64,000 nt of DNA from Puniceicoccaceae bacterium (lineage in GTDB: Bacteria > Verrucomicrobiota > Verrucomicrobiia > Opitutales > JAFGAQ01): the NCBI GenBank assembly GCA_028285755.1, contig JANQOQ010000004.1, positions 134,720-198,719 of the forward strand, given 5' to 3'. The notes beneath the pieces were generated by a model, which saw only the letters and a list, made by a program, of their open reading frames with translations, was not told the origin of the DNA and did not search any database. Shown here piece by piece: positions 44,809 to 54,587 of the stretch (the first letter of the stretch is position 1; each line of letters starts with the position of its first letter). The position numbers were made by a program, and so were the translations under genes.

Positions 44809-45114
44809 CTATTCCTCCTCCTCAAATCGAATAATATGCTCACCCGCCTTGATATAACTGAGCTTTTCACGGGCAACTCGTTCCAGGAATTCCGGATCTG
44901 TATTCAATTTGTGAAGAAAGGCCCGCTTGAGTTCAATTTGCTCCTGGGTATTCCCTACCATCGCTTGAGTTTCCTCCAGTTTCTGCTCCAGGAAAGCACG
45001 CTCACGATTCGTCGAAGGTATTAGGTAAAATGCAGTATAGCCTGTTAAAACCAGAAGGGCCAGTAAAGCCATCCATGAAATCACCACTCCGAACGTATTG
45101 AAGAATGATTTCAC
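44809..45114 (-). CDS. ftsB: Septum formation initiator family protein (FtsB/DivIC-like)
   Basis: 101 aa with a single N-terminal TM, then a coiled coil (..LEQKLEETQAMVGNTQEQIELKRAFLHKL..) and ..ERVAREKLSYIKAGE.. typical of FtsB/DivIC. Confidence 0.55.
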   Translation of the reverse strand: MKSFFNTFGVVISWMALLALLVLTGYTAFYLIPSTNRERAFLEQKLEETQAMVGNTQEQIELKRAFLHKLNTDPEFLERVAREKLSYIKAGEHIIRFEEEE

Positions 45115-45124
45115 TTTTTTAAAA

Positions 45125-45502
45125 TCAGATCAGGCCCTTGTAGGCATTCGGGCTCAACAGCTCTTCTGCCTGGCCCGGTTCGCTCATTTCTATTTTTACG
45201 AGCCAGCCTTCACCGTAAGGATCGGTATTAAGTGATTCCGGTGCGGATTCCAGGCTGCTGTTGACCTCAGAAATAGTCCCGCTAACCGGCATATATAAAT
45301 CGGATGCGGCCTTTACCGATTCTACAACTCCGAAAGCATCGCCTTTGTTATAAGTCGTGCCCACCTCGGGCAGCTCCACAAAAGTAACATCTCCCAGGCT
45401 TTCCTGCGCGAAATCAGTAATGCCCACAGTTCCGATTGAGCCATCAGCAGCAATCCATTCGTGATCCTGAGTATATTTCAGTTCTTCTCTTATCTCACTC
45501 AT
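45125..45502 (-). CDS. gcvH: Glycine cleavage system H protein
   Basis: 125 aa. ..YTQDHEWI.., ..VGITDFAQ..LGDV.. and the lipoyl-Lys motif ..VESVKAASDLY... Confidence 0.95.
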   Translation of the reverse strand: MSEIREELKYTQDHEWIAADGSIGTVGITDFAQESLGDVTFVELPEVGTTYNKGDAFGVVESVKAASDLYMPVSGTISEVNSSLESAPESLNTDPYGEGWLVKIEMSEPGQAEELLSPNAYKGLI

Positions 45503-45567
45503 AAAACTTTATTCGTTAGTTTGTGTATTCGAATAAATCAACATCGTTTCCAACGAGCACTCAATTT

Positions 45568-46683
45568 TCACTTAGTCAGATGCAACGGGGGTCTGGTGAT
45601 TTTCAAATCCAAGGATTTTCCCCTAAGCTCTACGGTAAGCCCCTCAGGCGTCGTCGATACATCATCCAATATCAGAGAGCCAATCGCTCCACCGGTAATC
45701 GGTGAATAGGTGCCGGAAAGTACGCGCCCTACTACACTATCGCCCTGATAAACGGACTCTCCCTGTCTAGCGATTCGGCGATCTTCAATCTTATAAAAAT
45801 GAACCACCTTGCGAGGATAAGACGTTTTCAGGTCAGAGAGTGAAGATTTCCCCCGAAAATCATCTGCTTTATTGAGCTTTACGGTCCAGCCCAGTCCTGC
45901 CCGTATAGGGTCTATCTCTGAATCGATTTCATGCCCATAGAGTGGATAACCCGCTTCGAGCCTCAGGCTGTCCCGGCAGCCCAGGCCACAATAGAAATCC
46001 TCGAGTTCCAGCTCCTGTGCCCGTTCATCCAGTGCATTCAATACGCTTTCTGCGGTATTGGCAGGAATGTAGATTTCAAAGCCATCTTCACCGGTATAAC
46101 CGGTTCGTGATAGGATTACCTCAACTCCTGCTAGTTCTGTCTCGATATGCGCGAAACGCCCTAAATCATCCAGAGTGGATTGCTGTAATGGCAGCAAAAA
46201 CTCAGCCGCCATCGGCCCCTGCAATGCCAATAGCGCGTAATCTTCGGATACATTGCTGAGATCCACTTCAAAGTTAGTAGCATGTTGCTGCATCCATGCA
46301 AAATCCTTATCGCAATTGCTGGCATTTACACAGAGCAGATATTTGTGAGGCTCAAGCGCATATACGATTAAGTCATCGACAACCCCGCCATCTTCATAAC
46401 ACATCATCGTGTATTTAGAGTTTCCGGGTGCCAGATTCGTGAAATCGTTTGTAAGCAGGTAATTCAGGTAATCGATACTACCCTCCCCAGTTACGATGAT
46501 TTCGCCCATATGCGAGACATCAAAAAGCCCCACTCGCTTGCGCACAGCCTCGTGCTCCTTGATGATACTGGTAAACTGAACAGGCATATTCCAACCCGCA
46601 AAATCCACAAACCGGGCACCTTTTTGCTCATAAAAACTTTGCAGGGGAATCGATTTTAGGTCTGACATACTTCTTAAAGACAA
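45568..46683 (-). CDS. gcvT: Glycine cleavage system T protein (aminomethyltransferase)
   Basis: 371 aa with ..GARFVDFAGWNMPVQF.., ..VGLFDVSHMGEI.., ..LALQGP.. and ..SRTGYTGEDGFEI... Confidence 0.95.
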   Translation of the reverse strand: MSLRSMSDLKSIPLQSFYEQKGARFVDFAGWNMPVQFTSIIKEHEAVRKRVGLFDVSHMGEIIVTGEGSIDYLNYLLTNDFTNLAPGNSKYTMMCYEDGGVVDDLIVYALEPHKYLLCVNASNCDKDFAWMQQHATNFEVDLSNVSEDYALLALQGPMAAEFLLPLQQSTLDDLGRFAHIETELAGVEVILSRTGYTGEDGFEIYIPANTAESVLNALDERAQELELEDFYCGLGCRDSLRLEAGYPLYGHEIDSEIDPIRAGLGWTVKLNKADDFRGKSSLSDLKTSYPRKVVHFYKIEDRRIARQGESVYQGDSVVGRVLSGTYSPITGGAIGSLILDDVSTTPEGLTVELRGKSLDLKITRPPLHLTK

Positions 46684-46738
46684 CTCATATTAGTTGTCGT
46701 CTTAGCTATCAAACTCTTTTGAAATGATTATTTAATCA

Positions 46739-47362
46739 ATGAAATTTGTAATTTTAGCATCATTACCGATTATCACAGCGCTCATTGGCTGGTTTACCAA
46801 CTGGGTAGCCATCCGCATGCTATTCCGCCCGCGAAAACCATTGAATATACTGGGCATCAAATGGCAGGGCCTGATCCCGCGGCGACAGGAGGATTTAGCG
46901 GAGCAGATTGCAGATATTGTAGAGTCTGAGATTCTCCAGCAACACACGATCACGCAAGCCATTGAGCAGATCGACTTTGAGCCCGAACTCAAAAAGATGA
47001 TCGATCGGCTTATCGATGCGAAGCTCAAGGATCACCTCGCGACCATCCCCTTTGTCGGTAATTTCATTAATGACTCTACACTCAGCACCATTAAAAATCT
47101 CGCTTACAAGAGCATTCAGGAAGAAGTGCCCGGCATGGTGCAGAATATTTCCAGCGATCTGGAATCACGCATCCAAATCCGAGCAATGGTCAAAAAACGC
47201 ATGGATGAGCTCGATCTCGATAAACTGGAGGAAATCGTGAAGCGCGTCGCCAGCAAGGAATTTCGCCGTATCGAGCAGCTCGGTGCCGTCCTCGGTTTCA
47301 TTGTTGGGCTCCTGCAGCTCGCAATAATTGTGTTTTGGGAATATTACGAAGGCACCCTTTAA
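46739..47362 (+). CDS. DUF445-family membrane protein
   Basis: 207 aa. ..PIITALIGWFTNWVAIRMLFRPRKP..QGLIPRRQEDLAEQI.. matches the DUF445 N-terminal pattern (recalled from memory). Confidence 0.65.
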   Translation: MKFVILASLPIITALIGWFTNWVAIRMLFRPRKPLNILGIKWQGLIPRRQEDLAEQIADIVESEILQQHTITQAIEQIDFEPELKKMIDRLIDAKLKDHLATIPFVGNFINDSTLSTIKNLAYKSIQEEVPGMVQNISSDLESRIQIRAMVKKRMDELDLDKLEEIVKRVASKEFRRIEQLGAVLGFIVGLLQLAIIVFWEYYEGTL

Positions 47363-47368
47363 CGGGTA

Positions 47369-49180
47369 TTACTTCAGCAAGCCAAGATTGCGGAGGCCTT
47401 GTAGGTTTGCAGTGAGGATGCCTTCGACATCGACGCCGTGGACGTGACCCAGTACACCGAATTCACCTTCGTAGCCCATTTCGAGGAGGATATTCATCAT
47501 TTTCCGCTCCAGGTAGCCTTCACCCAAAGTTAAAATCTTAGGGCCCTCGCTGCGCATCCCATTGATATTCACTGCATAGAGGTGCGGTAGCATCGCTTCG
47601 GCGATTTCCTTGTAGTCAGCCAATTGATCGTGGGCGTGGTGAAAGTTGTAGACGATGCCGATCTCCCGCTCTGGCAACGCTTCGATGATGCGAACCTGAT
47701 TGCGTGGGTCCCCAAACCAACCGCCATGATTGTAGAGACCCAATTTTAACCCCAAATCATTGGCACGTCCTGCAACATAGTCCAAAAATTCAACAGATTT
47801 TTTGAGTGACTGCCCTTCATCCAGGTCTGCGAAAAAGTTATCGTTGAAGCTGATCCAGAGCTCTCCCGTGTATCCGGTCTCTTCAACGATCTGGAATAAG
47901 CGCTCATTGGGCTCATTCAATCCCTCGACGGTATCGTAGCGCCCGTCAAACCACATCCACACGGAGTTGACATTCACGCCCGCCTCCTTGGCTAGCTGCA
48001 GCTCCCGTGCAGTATCCTCAAGATCCTTGACCCGCCAATCGTAGGCATAAGTGTCAAAACCCAGGCCCTTAAGCATTTCAATGCGTGCTTCCGGGCTGCG
48101 CTGCGGCTCATCAAAGGGCACCACACACCAGGCGAAGTAGCGATCCATCGGTAGAGGTGCATCTGAGAATAGAGGGGGACGCACCATGTATTCCTCTACA
48201 ATCGCCCTCATCTCTTCAGGCGTGGTATTCAGAATCACACGATGATGCAATGGATTAGCCGCATTTAAATTCCAGCGGAGAAAACTCTGCTCATCATCGC
48301 GATACTCCATCGCACCACTGGAATCAAAGGAAAACCACTCACCCTCTCCCACTGCTGCAGCGATCAGCGCTATTTGATCCCAGCTATTGCGCTCGTTTTT
48401 CTCTGGGTTAAACCAATCCAGCCAAACCCGGTAGGAACGTCTAACCGGGTTGATCTCATCATACTTTGCGAGGAGCTCATTGCCTGTTTCAATATCATTA
48501 CCCGCTGGCGATAGATAAAACGGTGCCGGCCACTTCTCCAGCAGCTCGCCCACAAAATCACGCATACCGTTCGCACCAAAATTCCAATCCCGATACCAGT
48601 AATCCAGACTATTCTCCGGGCTACCCAGCACAGCCATGCCCATCGCAAACCAGCTCTTCACCTTTTCCTCGATCAGGGGACCGTGGCCCCGGTCGAGCAA
48701 ATGCCACAGGGCAATGGGGTGACCCACTGTCACGATAACGATATCGTCGTGTGTTCTCATAAGATCGACATACACGTCGATCATATCCTCAGCCTGATCA
48801 GCTGTTAGGATGTCATGCCCGTAGCGCTTCTGGTCCAGTGCGACCTCACGGACATATTGCACCTCCCCGTCACCTACATCCGTTTCCCGGCTTACACCGA
48901 TGCGAATATCCGGCCTGCCGTAGTAGGTATTGATCGCATCCAAGGCACCAGCTCCATAGCGGTTATGGCTGGTATCGGTACGGGAGCTGTGAATGGTAGC
49001 GAGTATCTCGATCAGGCCATCGTCCGCGAGCTTATGCAATACGGCGAGCGCACCTGCATCGTCACAATCCGAGCCGATATCAGTGTCGAAGATGACCTTT
49101 ATCTTTGCCTGGGCTATCCCGGCAAAGCTGAAAATCGCAATGAGTACAAAGCAGTAAGAGAATCTAAGTAAGGGGAACAT
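47369..49180 (-). CDS. Secreted fusion protein: inosine-uridine-preferring nucleoside-hydrolase-like domain + xylose-isomerase-like TIM-barrel domain
   Basis: 603 aa with signal peptide MFPLLRFSYCFVLIAIFSFAGIAQA. The N-domain has VIFDTDIGSDCDDAGALAVLHKL (IUNH Asp cluster). The C-domain has ..LGLKLGLYNHGGWFG.., ..IVYNFHHAHDQ.. and ..AVNINGM.. (sugar-phosphate isomerase/epimerase TIM-barrel pattern). Confidence 0.7.
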   Translation of the reverse strand: MFPLLRFSYCFVLIAIFSFAGIAQAKIKVIFDTDIGSDCDDAGALAVLHKLADDGLIEILATIHSSRTDTSHNRYGAGALDAINTYYGRPDIRIGVSRETDVGDGEVQYVREVALDQKRYGHDILTADQAEDMIDVYVDLMRTHDDIVIVTVGHPIALWHLLDRGHGPLIEEKVKSWFAMGMAVLGSPENSLDYWYRDWNFGANGMRDFVGELLEKWPAPFYLSPAGNDIETGNELLAKYDEINPVRRSYRVWLDWFNPEKNERNSWDQIALIAAAVGEGEWFSFDSSGAMEYRDDEQSFLRWNLNAANPLHHRVILNTTPEEMRAIVEEYMVRPPLFSDAPLPMDRYFAWCVVPFDEPQRSPEARIEMLKGLGFDTYAYDWRVKDLEDTARELQLAKEAGVNVNSVWMWFDGRYDTVEGLNEPNERLFQIVEETGYTGELWISFNDNFFADLDEGQSLKKSVEFLDYVAGRANDLGLKLGLYNHGGWFGDPRNQVRIIEALPEREIGIVYNFHHAHDQLADYKEIAEAMLPHLYAVNINGMRSEGPKILTLGEGYLERKMMNILLEMGYEGEFGVLGHVHGVDVEGILTANLQGLRNLGLLK

Positions 49181-49230
49181 ACCCCCTTACCATGTGACTT
49201 TTGCCAACGCCGACAAATCCAAACTACCAT

Positions 49231-50259
49231 TTAAGAGCGGATTTTCTGCTCCCACTTCCAGGCAGAGCGGAGGGCGTCTTCCAGCGTGAGCTGGGATTTC
49301 CAGCCGAGCACGTCATTGGCATAGCGGGTATCCGCCCAGACCTGCTCGATGTCCCCCTCGCGTCGCCCTACGATCTCGTAGTTGAGCTTTTGGCCGGAGA
49401 CTTTTTCAAAGGTCTGGATTACCTCAAGCACGGAAGTGCCGGTCCCTGTGCCCAGGTTAAATACTTCGTAAGCGTCGTTGTTCTTGTTTTCAACCAGACG
49501 TGACACTGCGATCACGTGCGCCTTCGCAAGATCCACTACGTGGATGTAGTCGCGGATACACGAACCGTCGGGAGTATTGTAGTCGTCCCCAAAAACCTTG
49601 AGCTTATCGCGCAGGCCAATGGCCGTCTGCGTTACGAAGGGTACCAGATTTGCCGGCACTCCTGTAGGAAGCTCACCGATCAAGGCGCTCTCATGGGCCC
49701 CGATGGGGTTGAAATAGCGCAGTGCAATGCCCTTGAGTTGTGGATTCGCCTTCAGGGTATCGCGCATGATCTCTTCAGAAATCTGCTTGGTATTTCCGTA
49801 GGGGGATTCCGCAGGTTGGATGGGGGCCTGCTCAGTCACCGGTAGCTCATCAGGCTGACCGTACACGGTACAGGAGGACGAAAATACCAGATTGAGAATA
49901 TCGTACTTGATCATCTGCTCCATGATCAGGATGAGTGAGAGCAGGTTGTTGCGATAATAGAGCAGCGGATTTTCCACTGACTCGCCCACTGCCTTGCTGG
50001 CTGCAAAGTGAATGATGCCCGAGAGATCATTGTATTTTTCGAAAAAGGCCTCAACCTCGCTGGCAACCGCGAAGTCCACCTGCTCATGGATAACCTCCAC
50101 TCCGGTAATTTCCTTTATGCCCTCGAATACCTGGGACTCGGAATTTGAATAATTGTCGGCGGCGATGACCTCATAGCCTGCATTGATTAGCTCCACAGCG
50201 GTGTGTGAGCCTATGTAGCCTGCTCCTCCCGCCACTAAAATTTTAGGTTGGTTACTCAT
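49231..50259 (-). CDS. galE: UDP-glucose 4-epimerase
   Basis: ..KILVAGGAGYIGSHT.., ..SSSCTVYG.., ..SPYGNTKQISE.. (YxxxK) and ..DGSCIRDYIHVVDLA... I prefer the ATG at 50259 (MSNQPKILVAGG). The ORF track starts at TTG 50298. Confidence 0.9.
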   Translation of the reverse strand: MSNQPKILVAGGAGYIGSHTAVELINAGYEVIAADNYSNSESQVFEGIKEITGVEVIHEQVDFAVASEVEAFFEKYNDLSGIIHFAASKAVGESVENPLLYYRNNLLSLILIMEQMIKYDILNLVFSSSCTVYGQPDELPVTEQAPIQPAESPYGNTKQISEEIMRDTLKANPQLKGIALRYFNPIGAHESALIGELPTGVPANLVPFVTQTAIGLRDKLKVFGDDYNTPDGSCIRDYIHVVDLAKAHVIAVSRLVENKNNDAYEVFNLGTGTGTSVLEVIQTFEKVSGQKLNYEIVGRREGDIEQVWADTRYANDVLGWKSQLTLEDALRSAWKWEQKIRS

Positions 50260-50377
50260 CTCGCTTGAGTTTAAAAGCAAAGAGTCAGATTCAGGCAAGC
50301 CAAGTCTGCGAAATCGGTTTGAATTTTAGCGGATTCTCGATCCTAATAATAACATTCATTCAATTTCCTTTACCGCT

Positions 50378-51649
50378 ATGAAACCTAAAGCCTCTCTTTT
50401 TCTTCTTATCGCAATACTCATCTTATTGCTTTCATCTCTTTCTTATGGAGATACTTACGAAACACCCCCTGTATTCCAAGCAACCGATATACTTCCGCAC
50501 GAGTTGCTGAGCAGTGAATACCATACGGTTGCGGATGAAGTGGAAATCTATAGATACGGCTACCTGTTCAGTATGCAGACCGAGGCCGGCACTGAGTTGG
50601 TGCTCGGAGAAGACTTATTGCAGAAGCGCGTGCAGGAAGCAGCGGCAATTGCCCGGCTCGATGGGGTCACTAAGACGGAAGCCTTTATCACATCGCTGAC
50701 CGAAGCTGCCAAGAGCCCCTTATACAGCGCTTTGGGAGTGGTCACCCGCCCTGTATCGACCATCAAGGGCCTACCTGAAGGCGCTACCCGCTACCTACAG
50801 GGGAAGCTATTTCGCGTACGCCAAACAATCGGCACCGTTAAAGAGAAGACCGAAGAAATTACCGATGATTCCTACGAGCTAAATACCGAAGAAACCCTGG
50901 ATGAAGCTACAGTCAAAGCGCGAGAGCTGGCCCGTTCTCAAATCGGCTACAACGATGCCAAGCGGCAGTGGGCGAAGCGTTTGAATGTAGACCCCTACTC
51001 CACAAATCCCGCCCTCATACGTGTTTTGGACCGGGTGGCAGTAGCAAGCAGTTTAGGCTCATTTGCGGTGGACTATTACATGCCGGGCAATGATGTGCTG
51101 GGCTACATCAATCAGGCGGAATCCCTGGTCTGGGATGCATCGCCCGATGAGATACGCAGTCGTAATGATAAGGAGCTGCGCAGCCTCGGGATCAGCAGTG
51201 ATCTGATTGAGGCATTTCATGATCACGCCCTTTATTACCTTTCAGATAAGATCACCATCGTCGAATCCATGAAAACCCTCATGGAACTGCGGGGACTTGA
51301 GGACTTATTGCTGGTCGTTCTGGGCGCGGAAGATCCCTATGAAACCGCACTCATCTTAAAGACCCTAAAGATGTTGACCCTCTATCATGAAGAAAGATCA
51401 GAACTCGATGCTATCGTTATTGAGGGCGGGATGATTGCTGCCGTAGAGCCTGGCGGGCGTCTTGTTTTCCCCTTGGCAATCGACTACCTGTTCTGGACAG
51501 ACCTGGCTGAACAGATCGCTGATGAACTGCAGGATAAGTATCCGCTTAAGTTGCTCATGCTTTCAGGGCAAATCAGCGATCGTGCGAGTCGTGAGCTTGC
51601 CGACCGCTTTTGGGTGGTCTACTCAAACAGCCTGGAGTTTTTGGAATAG
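50378..51649 (+). CDS. Hypothetical secreted protein (423 aa)
   Basis: Signal peptide MKPKASLFLLIAILILLLSSLSYG. The remainder is helix-rich. No family recognised. Confidence 0.55.
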   Translation: MKPKASLFLLIAILILLLSSLSYGDTYETPPVFQATDILPHELLSSEYHTVADEVEIYRYGYLFSMQTEAGTELVLGEDLLQKRVQEAAAIARLDGVTKTEAFITSLTEAAKSPLYSALGVVTRPVSTIKGLPEGATRYLQGKLFRVRQTIGTVKEKTEEITDDSYELNTEETLDEATVKARELARSQIGYNDAKRQWAKRLNVDPYSTNPALIRVLDRVAVASSLGSFAVDYYMPGNDVLGYINQAESLVWDASPDEIRSRNDKELRSLGISSDLIEAFHDHALYYLSDKITIVESMKTLMELRGLEDLLLVVLGAEDPYETALILKTLKMLTLYHEERSELDAIVIEGGMIAAVEPGGRLVFPLAIDYLFWTDLAEQIADELQDKYPLKLLMLSGQISDRASRELADRFWVVYSNSLEFLE

Positions 51650-51709
51650 TCCGAAAATCGCTGGATAATCGCCGGTTGCATTCTGTATCGGCGTATGTAG
51701 CTTTAAAGT

Positions 51710-52798
51710 ATGGAGAAGATTCTCGTAGGCCTTTCCGGGGGTGTTGATAGCTCAGTGGCTGCTTTGTTATTGAAGCAGCAGGGCTATGATGTGTCCGCCG
51801 CCTACATCAAAACGTGGTCGAATGAAACGGAGGTATTTGCCGACTGCCCGGGGCAGGAGGATATCGACTACGCACAAGCGGTTTGCAAGCAACTGGATAT
51901 TCCCTTTGAGGTGGTCAATCTGGTGGAGACCTACTACGAACGTATCGTACAATACATGGTGGATGGCTACCAGCGCGGCGTCACCCCCAACCCCGATATC
52001 ATGTGCAATCGTGAGATCAAATTCGGTGCGTTTCTGGACTACGCTTTGGGTGAGGGCTTTACTCAGGTGGCAACCGGCCACTACTGCCAGAAAGTGACTG
52101 CCGAGGATGGCTTGGAATACATCGCAGAGGGGGCAGATGGGAACAAGGACCAATCCTACTTCCTTGCGATGGTTACGCCGGAGCAGCTCAAGCACGCGCG
52201 CTTTCCCATCGGTCACCTTGAAAAAAGCAAAGTGCGCGAAATCGCTCAGGCAAATGACCTGCCCAATGCCGCCCGCAAGGACAGCCAGGGCATCTGCTTT
52301 CTGGGTAAGGTGAAGATCAATGAGTTTCTGGCTCATTACATACCGGATAAGCCCGGCACTATCGTAAAGCACGACGGCACCGTGCTGGGTGAGCATAAGG
52401 GTCTGCACCGCTACACCATTGGGCAGCGCAAGGGAATCGGAATACCCAGTAACAGCGATTTTAATGCCTACGTTGTGGTCGCCAAGCGACTGGAAAGCAA
52501 TGAGCTGGTCGTTGCCTTTGATTCCGAAGATGCTGAAGGGCTCTACACGGAAAGCCTGATTATCCAGGATCACTCATACGTTACAAAGCCCTTTATTCAT
52601 AACGGAGTGCAACTCGCGCGCCCCCGGTACCGTGATCCGAAGCAAGTATTGAGCGGCATTGAGGATATGGGAGGCGGCACTTATCGTGTGCACTTTGCAG
52701 TGCCTCAACGTGCCCTGGCGAATGGGCAAATATTGGCTTTCTATGAAGAAGACCGCCTGTTGGGCGGAGGATTCATGCTAAACCAGGGCCTTAATTAG
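51710..52798 (+). CDS. mnmA: tRNA-specific 2-thiouridylase
   Basis: 362 aa. PP-loop ..[13 protein letters not shown].., ..[12 protein letters not shown].., ..ATGHY.. and ..KDQSYFL... Confidence 0.95.
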   Translation: MEKILVGLSGGVDSSVAALLLKQQGYDVSAAYIKTWSNETEVFADCPGQEDIDYAQAVCKQLDIPFEVVNLVETYYERIVQYMVDGYQRGVTPNPDIMCNREIKFGAFLDYALGEGFTQVATGHYCQKVTAEDGLEYIAEGADGNKDQSYFLAMVTPEQLKHARFPIGHLEKSKVREIAQANDLPNAARKDSQGICFLGKVKINEFLAHYIPDKPGTIVKHDGTVLGEHKGLHRYTIGQRKGIGIPSNSDFNAYVVVAKRLESNELVVAFDSEDAEGLYTESLIIQDHSYVTKPFIHNGVQLARPRYRDPKQVLSGIEDMGGGTYRVHFAVPQRALANGQILAFYEEDRLLGGGFMLNQGLN

Positions 52799-54511
52799 CT
52801 CCATATCCACAGGAACCGTAGCGAGCGACTCTTCCATCGTAGAGTAGCCCTCCCGTACCTTGAGCATACTGTCCTGGTGCAGTGTTTTCATGCCGTTTGA
52901 CATTGCGATACGCTTAATCTCAGCCGTCTCACGACCCTCGTTGATGGCACGTACGAGTTCCTCGGTAGTCAACATGAGTTCGTGAATCCCGATTCGTCCC
53001 TTGTAGCCGCCATTGGCTGCATTCGGCCCGGAGAAAGCATTGGCCCGATACACCTGCCCTACCCAACCAAGTGCCCGATCCAGTATCTCCGCCTCGTTGC
53101 CCTCCGGAGTATAAGGCTCTTTGGAAATTTTGCACACGCGGCGCATCAATCGCTGTGCACATACACAGAGCAGAGAGGCCGATATCATAAAGGGCTCGAT
53201 CTCCATATCCGTGAGGCGGGCTACCGCACTGGGCGCATCATTCGTGTGAAGTGTGGAAAAGAGCAAGTGCCCGGTGAGCGCTGCCTCAACGGCGATCCGT
53301 GCCGTTTCGATATCACGCACCTCACCCACGAGTATGATATCCGGGTCCTGCCGCAGGAAAGCACGCAGCGCAGTCGCAAAGGTCAGCCCTATCTTGCGGT
53401 TCATCTGCACCTGGCAAAGCCCGGGCAAGGTGTATTCGATGGGGTCCTCTGCGGTGCGGATGTTGATCTCAGGCCGGTTGATTTCATTGAGGGCTGAGTA
53501 AAGGGTCATGGATTTACCCGAACCGGTCGGCCCACAGTGCAAAATCATGCCGTAAGGACGTTGAATCACATCCCGATACTTTTCTAAATTTCCGTCGGAA
53601 AACCCAAGATCCGTGAGCGGCAATGTACTTTTCTGCTTATCGAGAATACGCATCACTACCCCTTCCCCGTGATTGAGCGGTGCAGTGGCAATCCGCAGAT
53701 CAATATCCAGACCCTTGCGGTTAAACTGCTTATAAACAATACGCCCATCCTGCGGGATCCGCTTCTCAGCGATATCCAGATTCGACATGACCTTATAACG
53801 TGCCAAGAGTGAGTTACAAACCTTGGGGGGAATTTTAAGTTTCTCCTTACAAATACCATCGATCCGGATACGCACACGGGCTTCTTTTTCAAAGGGTTCG
53901 ATGTGGATATCACTCGCACCCGAGTAATAAGCATCCTCTACAATACGATTGGCCAACAGGATGATCGGCGCGGATTCCTCGTCGTTGATATCATCATCAT
54001 CGATTTTATCATCGAGGTCATACTCCATCCCAAGCTTGTCGACTACATCCCCAAAGCCAATGGGAACCTGTGCTTCTTTCGGATCGACCAGCTTTTCGGT
54101 GATATCCCGCTCAAGCGCCAGCAGCACATGGACCTTCATCTTGGTCTTCAGCTGAATGCGATTGGTAAGCTGTAGCTTAAACGGGCTATCCAGAGCGATG
54201 ATCAGATGGTCGCCGGCACTCCCAATGGGCAATACCTTGTTCTCGATGCAGAAATCCTTATCCAGCTTTTCGAACGTAAATTCATCCGGCAGGAAGGATT
54301 TAGCATTAAACGGCGTAAGCTCAAAAGCACGGGCACGAGCTAGCAGCAACTGGTTTTCATCCACGCGATATTCATCCATGAGGAGCTTTTCGATGGCTTC
54401 TCCGGTGAGCTCAGCTTCCGAGCGTAAAATCACATCTGCGGCCGATTCCTGCAGAACCTGCAGGTTAACCAATTCCTGCACAATGCGAGACTGTATTCTT
54501 CCTAAAGGCAC
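52778..54511 (-). CDS. GspE/PilB-family type II secretion / type IV pilus assembly ATPase (orphan)
   Basis: 577 aa. An N-terminal T2SSE_N-like domain, Walker A ..[16 protein letters not shown].., ..RTAEDPIEY.., Walker B ..[11 protein letters not shown].. and His box ..[13 protein letters not shown]... The usual tetra-Cys zinc motif is not present. Confidence 0.9.
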   Translation of the reverse strand: MPLGRIQSRIVQELVNLQVLQESAADVILRSEAELTGEAIEKLLMDEYRVDENQLLLARARAFELTPFNAKSFLPDEFTFEKLDKDFCIENKVLPIGSAGDHLIIALDSPFKLQLTNRIQLKTKMKVHVLLALERDITEKLVDPKEAQVPIGFGDVVDKLGMEYDLDDKIDDDDINDEESAPIILLANRIVEDAYYSGASDIHIEPFEKEARVRIRIDGICKEKLKIPPKVCNSLLARYKVMSNLDIAEKRIPQDGRIVYKQFNRKGLDIDLRIATAPLNHGEGVVMRILDKQKSTLPLTDLGFSDGNLEKYRDVIQRPYGMILHCGPTGSGKSMTLYSALNEINRPEINIRTAEDPIEYTLPGLCQVQMNRKIGLTFATALRAFLRQDPDIILVGEVRDIETARIAVEAALTGHLLFSTLHTNDAPSAVARLTDMEIEPFMISASLLCVCAQRLMRRVCKISKEPYTPEGNEAEILDRALGWVGQVYRANAFSGPNAANGGYKGRIGIHELMLTTEELVRAINEGRETAEIKRIAMSNGMKTLHQDSMLKVREGYSTMEESLATVPVDMELIKALV

Positions 54512-54587
54512 AAACTAATGATGATTTTCTAATGGAGCGAATTGTAAAAGTCCAGAAAAGGACAACTGAAATGTAAAAATAATGGCA

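Noticed and set aside
46684-46738. Expected glycine riboswitch upstream of gcvT
   Set aside because: Only 55 bp separate gcvT from the divergent DUF445 gene. That is too short for a single or tandem glycine aptamer, and no conserved aptamer core is visible.
51767-52573. 268-aa ORF antisense to mnmA
   Set aside because: It lies entirely inside a gene with unmistakable MnmA motifs. The translation is low-complexity with no recognisable family. This is a typical shadow ORF on the opposite strand of a real gene.
54422-54511. Possible MshEN-type c-di-GMP-binding motif at the N-terminus of the GspE-like ATPase
   Set aside because: The sequence [23 protein letters not shown] does not fit the RLGxx(L/V/I)(L/V/I)xxG(L/V/I)(L/V/I)xxxxLxxxLxxQ pattern as I recall it; the central Gly is absent.
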